From: Vermamoeba vermiformis
Lineage: Eukaryota
Direction: 5' to 3'
Length of the DNA: 64,000 bases
Assembly: GCA_045837725.1 (NCBI GenBank)
Contig: JBEWZL010000061.1
Span: 62,001 to 126,000, forward strand
Below are positions 1-14,296 of this stretch, one piece after another. Numbering within the stretch: position 1 is the first letter of the stretch; every line of letters begins with the position of its first letter. Both the position numbers and the translations under genes were made by a program. The notes under the pieces are model-generated. The model was not told the DNA's origin. It saw nothing but the letters and a program-made list of their open reading frames with translations, and searched no databases.

Positions 1-586
1 CACTTCAGTGCCAGGAATGTTGAGCCAAGTGTTGTTTGATGCTTCGTATTGATAGGTTCTGATGGTGTAGTTGCCATCGTTCAGCGGAGAATTCGGGATC
101 GTAGCCAACAAAAGTGTCGTCAGAGAGCAAGAAGCCACCAACAGTAGAAGCGATAGTGCTCGTGTTAGAGAGCTTATTATTGGCATCAATAGTAAAGAGC
201 GTCGCACCACCGCCGTTATTAGCAAGAGCCAAGGTCGCGATCCACTTTCCGTTTGTAGTGGCATACACCGTTGGAGCTTCAGTGAAGTTAGCTACCTGTT
301 CGTAAATTCCTTCAGCATTTCGACGTCTAATAACCATTGTGGGAGTTCCAGAAACGTCAAGGTAGATCATCAGATCTTTGTGGGTTGTCAGCCCGATGTT
401 GTAAAGGGAGAGTGTAGTGACGGTAGAAATACCCATTGGTTCGAGAGTGAAACTCTGAATCATGATATTAATAATTTATGATTTTAAGAATAAGACGCAA
501 CGGTCTTCGAGCTTGACACTTACTGGTCGTTCAGTGAACGCAAGAGTCACCAATACAGCGACGATCAAGCCCAGTAACAGCTTCAT
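1..586 (-). CDS. Surface beta-propeller-like family, copy 1 (5' part; runs off window start; +1 frameshift at ~95-97)
   Basis: Exon 1 524-586 encodes signal peptide MKLLLGLIVAVLVTLAFTERP; GTAAGT..CAG intron 455-523; exon 2 (SFTLEPM...GGFLLSDDTFVGYDP) is homologous to copies 2-8; one extra base in the ggg run relative to paralogues. Confidence 0.8.
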
Positions 587-1529
587 TTGTGTTATCGTGC
601 TCGGAGTAAGTAAATTGAATTGAATTTAGTGAACGGTGACCTATTTATGGTGACATATTGCAATCTATAATGACACGTGAAGTTTTTTACCGGTAATCTC
701 GATACGAGATTGTCAGTACTACGCAGATGTAATTCGAAAGAAATGCATTTCTCAACGTTAGCAGTCTTGTCCATTCACTGTGAGTATGATCGTCGCATAA
801 TTTGCATCGTTAATATAACGATACTAATTTGTCGGGATATTTTAGTATACGTGATGCGGTACGGTAAGCAGAGAGCATGCACAGAAGACTACCAATTAGC
901 CGAACAAAGTCTTGAAATTCATTTTAAGCTTTTACTTAACTAATTCTGAATCTTTGCTATCTACGCCATATTTTTTTTTTGGTAAAAAACAAGAGCCGGA
1001 AGCAGTTAATTTATGATTTTGCGTTTCTTTTATTGTAATTTACATTACATTAGTGCCCTCTTAAGGTCAAAGAGAACATTAGAATTCAACTTCGGAGAAT
1101 ACTTTCCGATCCGGAATCAATGCTTCAAATTGAATTGCTCACGGCGTCACTCACCGCGAGTTTATAAAATTGATGATTTAGAACGAGTGGGCTGATCATA
1201 TTACTGATTTTTTTTCATATTACGCTCAATCGGTGTATTCCGAAGTCCAAACTTTTCGACAGACCGTAGCTCAGTAATCTCCGTAGATTTTTAATCAATT
1301 CAATTGGACGAACACTACGTTTGTTATTAACTATCATATTACATCCTTGAATAGCGCTAACACAATTAGGCTGGACGGTCAACTTTCCGGCAATCAAGTA
1401 GACAACGAATTGATCACACGAACATTGGACCTTGTTGAACGAAGAAGTGAGGCCTACATTCGCAGTGATGAAGAAGGTCCAGGGATTAGCTATCACGTGT
1501 AAATTCGGGCGTTTACTGAACTGAAAGTT

Positions 1530-3023
1530 TTACACGAACACAAAAAGTACCACGAAGAGCAAAATAAGGCTGAATTGCACGACATTAGCACCGCTCACAT
1601 TGCCTGTGGGTATTTGAGGACACGTCACTGTTGCATTGCAATAGGCAACTGGACCAAAGCCCTTGTTGAACGAAAACTGTGCTTGCAATACCTTGTTATC
1701 CACGAGTCCGATGCCAGTGAGAGTTGTATCGACAGCACCACATTGAGGATTGTTGACAGTATACAGCGCTGAGATGTCGACTTGAGAGCAGTCGTTGACT
1801 TGTTCATCGTTGCAAGTCGCGCTGATTGGTTGAGTGAAGCAGCGAGGAGCAGCGTAGAATTGAAGGAGAGAGGACACAGGATTGACTGCAGCAATGATAA
1901 TGTCGTAGTCATTGGCGCCAATACCAAGTCCAAAGAATCCTTGGTTTGCAACAAAGTCGAGCATCGGTTCCCAAGCACCGATGTTAGTGCGAGTGAGCAC
2001 CAAAACTTTGCCCGCTTGGAGTGTCATCATTTCAGCCAATCCCTCAAAGCCAGCGCTAATCAGAAGAGTATTTGCATCAGCAAAGACCACTGCAAACCCG
2101 AGCAAAGCAACAGGTCTGTAGCCAACACTGGCTGGCGTGAACTTTTGTTCGATCCATTTGCCGTTGATTTTGGTGTAGGTAAAGATGATACCAATGGCTG
2201 ATTCTTCCTCCTCGAGAATGGAGAGCACGACAGTATCGACTCCGTTGTAGGTCACACTCGCTTGAGAACTTACGGTGTTGTTGACTGGCACTGTTTCCAC
2301 CAAGCTCCATGATCGATCTGCTTGTCGTGCGTAGATATTGACAGTGACGTTATCTGAGGACGATGTGTCAATGAGGACCAAGTGAGTGTCGCTGGCTCGA
2401 TATGAAGAGATGTCTGCTTGCCACCAAGCGTCGCGAACATTGAGTTCAGTGCCAGGAATGTTGAGCCAAGTGTTGTTCGATGCCTCATATTGATAGGTTC
2501 TGATCGTGTAGTTGCCATCGTTCAGCGGAGAGACCGGATCGTAGCCAACAAAAGTGTCGTCAGAGAGCAAGTAGCCGCCCATAGTATCAATATAGCTCAT
2601 ATTTGAGACTTTGTTGGTCTTATCTACGGAGAACAGAACAGCGCCTTCACCGAGGAGAGCGACCCACTTGCCGTTAGTGTTGGCAAAAGGAGAAGTAAAT
2701 TCGGTGAAGTTTGCAACATGCTCGTAGACTCCTTCGTTGGTGCGACGTCTGATGGCCATCACTGGAGAATCTACTTGGACGCCTCGCTTATAATTATTCG
2801 GTCCTTCAACATAGACGAGAAGATCCTTCTTTGTTGCAACTGGAAGAGCCTCGGATAGTGATGAAACTACGGACCAATCCATCGGATCCAGCGTAACCGC
2901 CTGAAGTTATAAATTATTAACTAATTTAATTAATACTAAGATCGTTTAAATACTCACTGGACGTTGTTGGGCAAGCGTAATAACCGCTAATAAAGCGACA
3001 AATAAACCGATCAAAAGTTTCAT
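1530..3023 (-). CDS. Surface beta-propeller-like family, copy 2 (intact; signal peptide, Cys-rich domain, hydrophobic C-terminal anchor signal)
   Basis: Exon 1 2958-3023 MKLLIGLFVALLAVITLAQQRP; intron 2901-2957; exon 2 1530-2900 contains the 450-aa ORF, ending ...SGANVVQFSLILLFVVLFVFV. Confidence 0.88.
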
Positions 3024-4097
3024 CTGATTGAAGCCTGTTGTGTTCTTCGTTGTGCTGAACAATAAGGATCATACGCCATCGCTTTTATGTCCGCGACGCG
3101 TGTCACATGATCTCCAACTTCAGATTGTCGAATACGCACGCTGATTTGTGGTACAATGTTATTATTACGGGCGGTTGGGAATCGATTGTGTGTACTATCG
3201 TTTCATCAGGACTTCGTTAATGACTAGTTGGTCGTCACTAGTGATAGTTTATTCTCGCGCTTCTTATTCCTTTCTCGTCAAGAAATTTGTCTGGTGACAT
3301 TTTCAACGATCATTTGATTTGCACTGTAGATTAGATCTCGTACTTGATTGATGGTCCCTGCAGGTTTTTTACGGTAATTACAGGACGCGTCCCCTAAAGT
3401 TTTGATTAAAACAGTAGTTAGAGTAACTTGCAATCAATATTAATGTAATTAGTATACTTGATTAGACGATACAGAACTACGAATGTATAATTCAGATGTA
3501 AAGAAGTAAAACCAGTGTTTTATAGAATTCAGTTGACTTAATACTTTAAGCGGAGCAGAATCTTTGCTACTTGCGCAATAATCATGGCGCTAATGTCATA
3601 AAGTGCGTATTTCGGTGTCCTGGTGTCAATAACTCACAATTATCCGTAATCTTCAGGTACTATGGCGTCCAGTCCTTGCAAATAGAAGGCCCTATAGCAT
3701 GCGTGTTAGAGTTCATGACGCATGTGAAGCAATAATTCGTGGCTCATCTGCATTTTATCACTCCCTCTGATCTGCTGTAGACTACGAACGAAAAGGTTAT
3801 TAACGTAAGTTTCTAATTAACATGGATTAATATAACAATTTTAAGGGGACGGAGAGGAATATTAATTGAAACTAAATTAAAAAATTTAAAATAATTTGCA
3901 TAACGTCCAGGAGCGTATTAATATTAATGGCGCTAATTTATTAGGCAATAGATTCAGAAAATAACTATTTTTATTAATAATAATAATTTTGTGCTGCCAG
4001 ATTCAATCCGGTTATTTTCAAACTACATGGTCAACTTACGTTGCATTCGATATTACGTTACTGCAATGCTTTAGTAGTGGTGTTGGTTTTATTAACC

Positions 4098-5790
4098 TTA
4101 AATTAGTGAAACAAGCAAGACCGCCAAAACAAACCAAACGAGACCGACTAATTGCCGAACATCAGCACTACTAATTCTTGTACCTGGCGTTTGTGTGACT
4201 GCACCCGGCGTTTGAGCACTATTAGGTGTGACAGGAGGAGCAGGACACGTCACTGTAGCGTTGAAGTAGACAGGTGAAGCGAAGCTACGCGTGAATGTGA
4301 ACTGCGCATTCATCTGTTGATTATTGACGAGACTGAGACTACTAATTGAAGCAGTAACGACACCACAGTGAGGATTGTTAATCGTGTACAGCAGATCCGT
4401 TGAAAACTTCGAACAATCGTCCACTTGTTGATCAGTGCAAGTCACGTCTATTGGGTCCCTGAAGCACCTAGGAGCAGTATAGAGCGTTATTGGATTGCCA
4501 CTAACCCCATCCGGTGTAGTGATCGCATCAGCTGTGATTACAGGAACAATAATGTCGTAATCGTTGATACCGAAGCCTAGTCCAAAGACACCGTAATCTC
4601 CGCCAACGAGATTCACTGTTGGTTCCCAAAATCCGCTTGTGTTGCGAGTAAGAAGCAAGATTTTGCCGCCAATCAACGCTGTCGTTGTTACTGCTGCCAA
4701 ATCCACGTTCTCGTAGCCTGCACTAATGTACAGCGTGTTGGGATCCGTGAAAATAACTTGAGCTCCGAGAAGGCCATTAGCTTTGTATCCAACACTTTCT
4801 ACTGTGAAAGTTTGCTCTACCCAGTTGCCATTCATCTTCGTGTACACAAACACTATGCCTAAGAAGTCAGTGTTGATCGCTTGCACTGGACGAGAATAGA
4901 CCAAAGTGTCTACGTCATTGTAAACCACATTTCCAAATTTAGGGTCGAAAGTGTTGTTGACCGTAATTGACTCAACGTAGCTCCACGATCGATCAGCTTG
5001 TCGCGCGTAAAGTGCAACATGGTAGTCTGCCGATGAAAGTCTATGAAGACTAGGTGCGAGTCACTCGCGCGGTACGTAGAAATATCCCCGGCCCATTGAG
5101 CTGATGTAGCCACAGAGATCTCAGTTCCAGGAATTGAATTCCAAGAGTTGTTGGATGCGGTGTAAGCATAGGTGCGAAAGCGAAGATTTCCGTTCGTAAA
5201 AGCACCAACAAAAGTGTCATCCGAGAGCAAGAACCCACCGAATGTGTTGTTGACAAAACTTGTCGTTGACAGTACATTGTTTTCATCGATGCTAACAACG
5301 ATGGATCCCACGCTTGTCGGTAGAAGCGCGATCCACTTCCCGTTAGTTAGAGCGTACGAGGATTTTGAGTAATTAGCAGCGAACTGATAAATACCCTCGC
5401 TATTGCGACGCCTGATAGTCGTGCAAGCAGTGCCAGATAAGTCGAAGTAGACCAGCAGATCTTTTTTAGTAGCAGTTGGTATATTAAAGCCCGTTGATGA
5501 AGTGATGGTAGAGATATCTGTTGGAGTGAGGGCTAACTCCTAGAATATAAAGATTATCAACTGATAATAATTTTTCTTCGGGTGGATGCACCTTTCCGAA
5601 ACTCAAAAATTGAGAAATTAATCTTTGAACTTAGTTCATAATTTTCCAACTATTTGACAAATTAATTCGGGGCACGAATCGGTTAACGAATGGTGCACAA
5701 AGGTTCCAGATTAGGAAGACTTACTGCACGTCTGCTTTGCGTTGCAACGATTAAAATAGATATGGCGAATACAAGTAACACGAGTTTCAT
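4098..5790 (-). CDS. Surface beta-propeller-like family, copy 3 (most divergent; -1 frameshift at ~5037)
   Basis: Exon 1 5725-5790 MKLVLLVFAISILIVATQSRRA; intron 5540-5724; ORFs 4910-5311 and 4098-4928 join if one base is restored in the aaa run at 5036-5038 (IDFSSADYHVALYARQADRSW). Confidence 0.8.
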
Positions 5791-6084
5791 TGTCGTGATG
5801 TTTCAATCATGTTGAAAGAAAGATTCTGCCCGACTATTTTTGCCTGAAGAAGATTTTGGTTAAGAGAATCCATATTTGAAAGATAATTACCTAGTGAGAA
5901 CCGAGCATTGCTTAGATTTTTCCTCGCCTCGCCACGAATATTATCGTAATAATTTTTAAAAATAATTAAGAGGAAGTAAGCATAACTTGAATTGCGGTAT
6001 TCCCGAGGGCCAAATTAGGCCGTATATCGTTCCAAATATTATATAATAGCTAGACTACCATAATGTGGTATTTTATCATAATAA

Positions 6085-7602
6085 TTAAAACAGAATTTTA
6101 ATGACTAACAGAAAGAGCGCCAAACCTTTCTGAAGTTGAGTAACGCTGCTAGTTTTCGCCGGCGTTGGTAGGGCGCTAACGGGAGGAGCTGAGCACGTTA
6201 CTGTTGCATTGCAGTATACTGTTGTAGTCAAGGAGTTGCGAACGAAGCTTAATTTAACTTGCAGCGCTTGGTTGCTGACAGTGGTGAAGCTATCCAGTGA
6301 CGCAGTGACGTTACCGCACTCAGGATTATTGATCACGTACAGCTCTGATATCGATATTTGAGCGACATCAACCCGAGAGCAGTCGCTGACTTGCTTATCG
6401 TTGCAAGTGACGTTGATGGGTGCAGCGAAGCAACGAGGTGCTGTGTAGAAAGTCAAATTTAAGCCCTCTTCGCCAATGCCGAGAGAAGGAATGAGTAGGT
6501 CGTAGTCATTCGTGCCAACTCCAGCGCCCCACCAATTCGGACCGATCAAGTCAGCGGCAGGTTCCCACAGTCCTTCTTCATTGCGAGCGAGCATCAACAC
6601 TTTGCCAAATTCAGTAAACTGGATCTCAGAAGCTCCTTCGTAGACGGCTGTAATGAGCATAGTGTCTGGATCGAGGAAAACAGTGCCCATGCCAAGGTAG
6701 CCAGTTGGTTTGTAGCCGACACTTGGCACTGAAAATCGTTGCCCTTGCCAAGCACCATCGATCTTCGTGTAAATAAAGACGATGCCAATAGCACCGTTGT
6801 CATCAGAGGCCTCTCCAATGGCATGCACAAGTGTATCTTCACCGTTGAAAGTTGCACTGCCAAACCCGTGCGTGCTGTTGACTGGAACTATGTCGATGAG
6901 ACTCCACGATCGATCTGCTTGTCGTGCATAAATATTAACGGTGAGATTGTCAAAATTGTACGTGTTGACATTAACCAAGTGCGTGTCCGTTGCGCGATAG
7001 GTAGAGTAGTCGCCAATGGTCCTAACTTTAACAGGCACAATCACTTCAGTGCCAGGAATGTTCATCCAAGTGTTGTTTGAAGCTTCGTATTGGTATGTTC
7101 TGATTGCGTACTTTTCATTATCAACAGCGATCGGATCGAATCCAACAAAAGTATCGTCAGAGAGCAAAAAGCCACCAGTTGTAGACACGAAGCTTGCTTT
7201 TGAGACTTCATTGTCGTCGCTTATGCTAAAGAGGTTCACTGTTTGAGCGTTCAAGCCAGTGCTGGCGATCCATTTTCCGTTAGTGCTAATGTACTTCGCG
7301 GTCACTTCGGTAAAATTGGCCACGAGGTCATAGAGGCCCTCGGAATTGCGTCGTCTAATTGCTATTGCTGGGGTTACAGGATCAGAACTATCATAATAGG
7401 CGAGCAGATCCTTCTTGGTGGCTACGGTGAAGAGTTTGTATTCCACGCTAGTTGATGGCACGGTCCAATCCATCGGTGTTAAAGAAAGGCTCTGACATGT
7501 TTTCGTAAATAAGCGCGCTTTTAACTTTAGTTTACATACCGGGCGTGTAGATGCAACCGCAACGGCAGCCACGAGGAGAACAAAGCCAACCAAAAACTTC
7601 AT
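6085..7602 (-). CDS. Surface beta-propeller-like family, copy 4 (intact)
   Basis: 505-aa ORF that includes a 48-nt in-frame, stop-free GTATGT..CAG intron (7492-7539) at the same position as in all paralogues. Confidence 0.88.
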   Translation of the reverse strand: MKFLVGFVLLVAAVAVASTRPVCKLKLKARLFTKTCQSLSLTPMDWTVPSTSVEYKLFTVATKKDLLAYYDSSDPVTPAIAIRRRNSEGLYDLVANFTEVTAKYISTNGKWIASTGLNAQTVNLFSISDDNEVSKASFVSTTGGFLLSDDTFVGFDPIAVDNEKYAIRTYQYEASNNTWMNIPGTEVIVPVKVRTIGDYSTYRATDTHLVNVNTYNFDNLTVNIYARQADRSWSLIDIVPVNSTHGFGSATFNGEDTLVHAIGEASDDNGAIGIVFIYTKIDGAWQGQRFSVPSVGYKPTGYLGMGTVFLDPDTMLITAVYEGASEIQFTEFGKVLMLARNEEGLWEPAADLIGPNWWGAGVGTNDYDLLIPSLGIGEEGLNLTFYTAPRCFAAPINVTCNDKQVSDCSRVDVAQISISELYVINNPECGNVTASLDSFTTVSNQALQVKLSFVRNSLTTTVYCNATVTCSAPPVSALPTPAKTSSVTQLQKGLALFLLVIKILF

Positions 7603-8220
7603 TTCACTTGTCTAGTGTTGTCTAGCTTAAAAATAATTAATAAAGTAAATGTAGTCGGTTTTACAACGAATAGCGACATACCGTATGCGTTCCAAAAATA
7701 GCACGAGATTTTCGTAAATCGCAACGGCAATTGACAACTTTAGAACCAGTATAACCTTACAAATATATAAGAAACGAGCATTTCAATGCCGTTATTAAAG
7801 TTCAAGCAGAATATTTGCTTACAAAATGGTGCGAGTGATTAGTACAACAGTGTGCCAAGTTAAAGCACGTTCGCACTCCTTTTTTGGTGGTTTTGGAGTA
7901 AGTGAGCGAGCATTTAACTGTTGATTATGGACTCGGATCAATACACAGATCAAATCCTGCAAAAAATAAATTAAGCTTCGCAAAAATTCCAAAATTATTA
8001 AAAACCACGACATAGTACTAGAAATAATGTTGGTTTAATTTAATAATCATTGGCAAAATTGATATTAAAATTATTTGTTTCGTTTTTACCGAGACAAGGC
8101 CGCGATCATTTCTTTTAAAACCGAGATTGTACTCCGCAAAGTAATCTACGCGTATATTGTTTGATTATTAACGGTTTGGAACACTTAAGTTATGCATAAA
8201 GTGTGTTTTATGAGGCAACT

Positions 8221-10075
8221 TTACAAGAACATAACCACAACGTACGCGACAAGCGAAGCGATCGCAAACTCAAGTACACCAGCGCTGCTGACCTTTGAAG
8301 GTGTTTGGACGGCAACTGGAGGAGCAGGGCACGTCACTGTGGCATTGCACGAGACTGGTGCACCAAAGGACTTGGTGAACGAGAAGTGAGCTTGAATGGC
8401 TGTGTTTGCCACGAGTCCAAAACCAGTAAGAGTTGCATCCACAGCACCGCATTGAGGATTGTTGACAGTATACAGCGCTGAGATGTCGACTTGAGAGCAG
8501 TCGCTGATTTGTTGAAAGTTGCAAGTGACGTTGATTGGTTGAGTGAAGCAGCGAGGTGTGGTGAAGAATGTCAAACCAATAATGTTGCCACCAACGGGCA
8601 CAATAATGCGAGGAATGATAATGTCGTAGTCGTTAGCTCCGACACCCAAACCCCAGAGTCCAGCAGGAGTTGAGGGGAGCAATTCAATTGCTGGCTCCCA
8701 GGTACCATTAGCGTTGCGAGTCATCATCAAGACTTTACCAACTCCGTCGTAGCCACCGGTCCGAGTGTATCCTTCCTGATTAGCATTCACCAAGAAAGTG
8801 TTGGCATCGAGGAAAACAGTTGTGTAACCAAGGTATCCCAAAGGTCTGTAGTTAAGACTGCTTGTTGTGAATGTTTGTTCGTTCCACTCGCCGTTTGACT
8901 TCGTGTACACGATTACAATTCCGTACTCGTCAGCTGTGGGTTGGTAGCCAAAATTCGCGTAGACAAGAGTATCAACGCCGTTGTAGGTGACGCTAGAAGG
9001 TCCAATGGAGCTGTTGACTGGCACGGACTCGATGAACTTCCATGACTTGTCTGCTTGTCGCTCATAGATATGAACTCCAACGTCACTTATGTTCGTGTAA
9101 TCGGCGACGACCAAGTGAGTGTCTGTTGCACGGTATGTTGAGAAGTCTCCCAGCACTGTTGCAGAAGTAGTGACGATCACTTCAGTGCCAGGAATGTTGA
9201 GCCAAGTGTTGTTCGATGCTTCATATTGATAGGTTCTGATCGTGAAGTTGCCATCGTCAAGCGGAGAGTTAGGATCGTAGGCAACAAAAGTGTCGTCGGA
9301 TAGCAAGAAACCACCACTAGTATCTATGATGCTCCAATTGGAGATTTGATTGGTACTGTCAATGCTGAATAGAGCCATGGAATCGCCAGGGAATGCAACC
9401 CACTTGCCGTTGGTGCTCGGAAAAGGAACCGTAAGAGAAGGAAAGTCAGTGAAGTTTCCAACAGGCACGTAGATGCCATCAGCATTGCGACGTCGAATGG
9501 CCAATACTGGGGGAATAGTGGGACGTAATCCTCTTTTTCGAACCGGCACTGAGGCAGTGTTGCTTGTGTCAAAGTAAACGAGCAGATCTTTACTGGTCGC
9601 AACTTTAAAGACTGGGCCAGGTATGGTAGTCACGGTTGACCAGTCCATTGGTTCTAACTCAGCGACCTGGTGAGAGTTTTGTCAGCTTATCAATTGTAAA
9701 ACGGCGCAATGGATGTAATCCGTTTCTGTACCAAAAAAAGACTAAAAATGTATTTTTTTTATGATTATCTTGATCCCTAAAAAAGAACTGTTTTATAATT
9801 CAAATTTCGATTACTCTTAATTCTAAAATCGCCTTTCGAGTATAGATTTAATTATGTAGCAAACAAAAAGGAGGATTTGGGATTTTTCGTTAACCGGTAA
9901 GCTCCGCCAAAGTTAAAATAGCGTTAATAGTATAGAAAAATGAATTTGGTCTTTTTTTGAACGAAGCCGGCTATAATTGCGTTCGAACTTATTCGTTATA
10001 ACCGAAACTTACAGGACGTTGAGAGTACGCAACAGTTGCTAAAATAGTAATAACCAAAACAAGCAATAACTTCAT
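8221..10075 (-). CDS. Surface beta-propeller-like family, copy 5 (intact)
   Basis: Exon 1 10013-10075 MKLLLVLVITILATVAYSQRP; intron 9667-10012; exon 2 8221-9666 contains the 475-aa ORF, ending in a GPI-like tail KVSSAGVLEFAIASLVAYVVVMFL. Confidence 0.88.
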
Positions 10076-10409
10076 ACTTGAGACGTTGTGGGTTGTTGTT
10101 GGTAAAATACTAACATTATTTGTCGGGTAAATCTTTTGAAGAAGTTGCGGTTGTTTTTTCAGGCTCTTTTAGTATTGCACCGCTGAGATTTGTAGAGATT
10201 AATGAAGCATCCTATTATATAGGAATAAGCTCGGCGCTTTCATATATATCGACCTACTTACGATACATCACCGATTCATTCTCGGACTGCTCTTGGATCC
10301 CGCTTTTATAGTTAGTTTGAGGTAAAGCAGGTGAGCGATCATTTAAATTGCTTGACTCGTCAATGTGTTGCTCTTTGGTGCCGTAGAATTGTCAGTTTTA
10401 TGGGCAGCT

Positions 10410-12199
10410 TTACAAGAACATTACAAAAACGGACACGATAAGCGAAGTGATCGCAAACTCAAGTGTACCGGCGCTGCTGACCTTCGAGGGTGTTTGAGTG
10501 ACAACAACTGGAGGAGCAGGGCATGTTACTGTGGCATTGCACGAGACTGGTGCACCGAAGGCCCGAGTGAACGAGAGTTGAGCTTGAATGGCTTTGTTAG
10601 CCACGAGTCCGATGCCAGTGAGAGTTGCATCGATAGCACCGCATTGAGGATTGTTGACAGTATACAGCGCTGAGATGTCGACTTGAGAGCAGTCGCTGAC
10701 TTGTTCATCGTTGCAAGTCACGTTGATTGGTTGAGCAAAGCAGCGTGGTATGGTGTAGAATGTCAAACCAAGACCACCAGGACCATTAGATACAATAACG
10801 CGAGGAATGATAATGTCGTAGTCGTTAATTCCGACCCCCACACCCCAGAGTCCAGAGCCCTCAGTTGGGTTCAGCAAGTCGGCAGCTGGTTCCCATGCAC
10901 CATTGGCATTGCGAGTCATCATCAAGACTTTTCCTACGCCATTGTAGCTTGAGCCAGTATAACCTTCAAGGCCAGCAGACACCAAGAGGTTGTTGGCATC
11001 GAGGAAAACAGTCGCGTAACCAAGCTGTCCTTGAGGATTGTAGCCAACACTGGTCGTTGTGAATGTTTGTTCGTTCCACATGCCATTCGACTTGGTGTAC
11101 ACAATTACAATTCCAGATCCGTTAGCTGTTGGTTGCGCGTTGAAATTCGCGTAGACAAGAGTATCAACACCATTGTAATTGACGCTAGAAGGACCAAATG
11201 TGCTGTTGACTGGCAGTGACTCGATGAACTTCCATGACTTGTCTGCTTGTCGTTCATAAGAACTTGACTGAGATGTCGGTGGAGTTTGCGAAGTCAACGA
11301 AGACCAAGTGAGTGTCTGTTGCACGATAAGTGGAGAATTCGCCTTCATAAATGACAGGAGTAGTGACGACCACTTCAGTGCCAGGAATGTTGAGCCAAGT
11401 GTTGTTCGATGCTTCATATTGATACGTTCTGATCGTGAAGTTGCCATCGCCCAGCGGAGAAATCGGATCGTAGCCAACAAAAGTGTCGTCAGAGAGCAAG
11501 AAGCCACCAATAGCAGTAACGAAGCTCGTGTTGGAGATGTGGTTGTTGCTGTCAATGCTGAACAGAGCCACGCCTTTTGCAGGCACTGCAACCCACTTGC
11601 CGTTGGTGCTCGCAAAAGGAGAAGTTACGTCGGTGAAGTTACCAACAGGCACGTAGATGCCATCAGCATTGCGACGTCGAATGGCCATTACTGGAGCACC
11701 AGTTGGCAAGGTTGTTCCTCTTTTAACCGGCGCTGAGGCAGAGTTACTTGTGTCAAAGTAAACGAGCAGATCTTTACTGGTCGCAACTTGAAAGATAGGG
11801 CCAGGCATGCCAGTCACTGTTGACCAGTCCATGGGTTCTAACGTCGCGCTCTGGTTAGAGATTTGTTAGCTATCAACACGCAATAATTGGGTCGGATGTA
11901 ACCAGTTTCGTTCACAAAAAAAAAGGACGTTTATGATTTGTCTTAATCGTTCCTAAAAGATCGCCTTCGAGTATAGATTTTATAGCGATAAAAGTCGGAT
12001 TTGGATCGCTGAGGTATACGAATTCAAAAGCTGAATTATATCCTTTTTTTAAAACGAAACGGGCAGTAGTGGCGTCATAGAACTTGATTTTACTATGGCG
12101 TCATAGAGCTTATTAATTTATAAAACAAAAACTTACAGGACGTTGAGAGAATGCAACGGTCGCGAAAATAGTAACGACCAAACCAAGAAATAACTTCAT
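10410..12199 (-). CDS. Surface beta-propeller-like family, copy 6 (+1 frameshift at ~11258)
   Basis: Exon 1 12137-12199; intron 11851-12136; ORFs 11254-11832 and 10410-11615 join as ISVKF|YERQADKSW if one 'a' is removed at 11258-11259. Confidence 0.82.
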
Positions 12200-12764
12200 A
12201 ATTGAGACGTTGTGGTTGGGGTTGTGGTTGGGGTTGTTGTTGATAAAAGAATAAAAAAAGTTGGGTTAAATCGTTTTTATGTGTTAATTAAAGACTTGAC
12301 GTTTTGACGTGTTGCAACACTGAGATTTGCTGAGATTAGTGAACATCCTATGATATGGGAATAATCTCGACGTTCTGATTTAGTTTTAATGACCCACTAG
12401 TTTCAAGATTCGCCATTCTCAATTGACTACCTTGAGCTTACCGCTATTCGCCGGCGTAGGATTAATGATTTGCAATGCGTGATAACGGAGCGAAGAATCA
12501 AGTTAAACTGCCTACTAGTCAGACTTATTACTTCAATTAAACTACTAATAAAAAGTAAATTAAACCACCCCCTCATAGCATATTTAATTTACAGTCGTTC
12601 ACGTTGATTATGTTGGAGATTACGTGTCATTTGTAAACTTTATTCCACTTTAGGTATTAATTAATTTTGCGCTGATTGTTTTCTTCAAGGAATGCGATCA
12701 TTTAACTGCCTGACTCGACGTGTTGCTCTTTGATGCCATAGAATCGGACGTTTTATTTAGCAGA

Positions 12765-14296
12765 TTACAAGAATGTAGCTACAACGGACACGATCAGCGA
12801 AGTGATCGCAAACTCAAGTGCACCAGCGCTGCTGACCTTCGAGGGTGTTTGAGTAACAACAACTGGAGGAGCAGGGCACGTCACTGTGGCATTGCACGAG
12901 GCTGGTGCACCAAAGGCTTTGGTGAACGAGAAGTGAGCTTGAATGGCTTTGCTTGCTTCAAGTCCGACACTAGTGAGAGTTGCATGGACAGCACCGCATT
13001 GAGGATTGTTGATAGTGTACAGCGCTGAGATGTCGACTTGAGAGCAGTCGCTGACTTGTTCATCATTGCAAGTGACGTTGATTGGTTGAGTAAAGCAGCG
13101 TGGTATGGTGTAGAATGTCAAACTTGTAGTAGAAGGACCATTGGGAAGAACGATATTGGGAACAATAATGTCGAAGTCGTTAACTCCAACTCCCAAGCCC
13201 CAGATTCCAGAGCCCTCAGTTGGGCTGGGCAAGTCGGCAGAAGGTTCCCATGCACCATTGGAGTTGCGAGTCATCAACAAGGACTTTACCAACACCATTG
13301 GGCATATTGTTACCAGGGTAGCCTTCAAGGCCAGCAGTCACCAAGAGGTTGTTGGCATCAAGGAACACTGTCGCGTAACCAAGGTATCCTTGAGGTTTGA
13401 AGCCAACACTGGTTGTTGTGAATGTTTGTTCGCTCCACATGCCATTCGATTTCGTGTACACAAACACAATTCCGGACTCGGTGCCGAATTGAGGGGATGG
13501 GGTCGAGCAAACAAGAGTATCAATGCCGTTGTAGTTGACACTAACAGGACCAAATGTGCTGTTGACTGGCAGTGACTCGATGAACTTCCATGATTTGTCT
13601 GCTTGTCGCTCATAGAACTTGACGGAGATGTCGCTGCCGTTTGTGAAGTCAGCGAAGACCAAGTGAGTGTCTGTTGCACGATAAGTGGACAATTCGCCCA
13701 TATAATTGACAGGAGTAGTGACGACCACTTCAGTGCCAGGAATGTTGAGCCAAGTGTTGTTCGAGGCATTGTATTCGAATGTTCTGATCGTGAAGTTGCC
13801 ATCGTTCAGCGGAGAAACCGGATCGTAGCCAACAAAAGTGTCGTCAGAGAGCAAGAAACCACCATTAGCAGCAACTAAGCTGACATTGGAGATGTGATTG
13901 TTGTTGTCAATGCTGAATAGAGCCATGCCTTGGCCATACACTACAACCCACTTGCCGTTGGTGCTCGCAAAAGGAGAAGTAACCTCGGTGAAGTTGCCAA
14001 CAGGTACGTAGATGCCATCAGCATTGCGACGTCGAATGGCCATTACTGCTGGGGTGGAACTAACATCGTTGTAGATGAGCAGGTCTTTTTTCGTAGCAAC
14101 TTGATAGTACGGTCCGGACAATGATGCAACAGTAGACCAGTTCATTGGTTCAAGCGTAGCGCTCTAGATCAACAAAAAAATTTCAGAACTACCGCCAACA
14201 ATGTTTCAGAAAGCGGTTGGATGAGTAACTTACGGGACGTTGAGAGAATGCAACGGTCGCAAAAATAGCGATAACCAAGCCTAACAATAACTTCAT
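12765..14296 (-). CDS. Surface beta-propeller-like family, copy 7 (+1 frameshift at ~13281)
   Basis: Exon 1 14234-14296; intron 14164-14233; ORFs 13216-14145 and 12765-13328 join as GKV|LLMTRN if one base is removed near 13278-13282. Confidence 0.82.

Noticed and set aside
12208-12240. gttgtggttggg x2, telomere-like or G-rich repeat
   Set aside because: Only two units; a local duplication in the CAA-rich 5' leader of copy 6.
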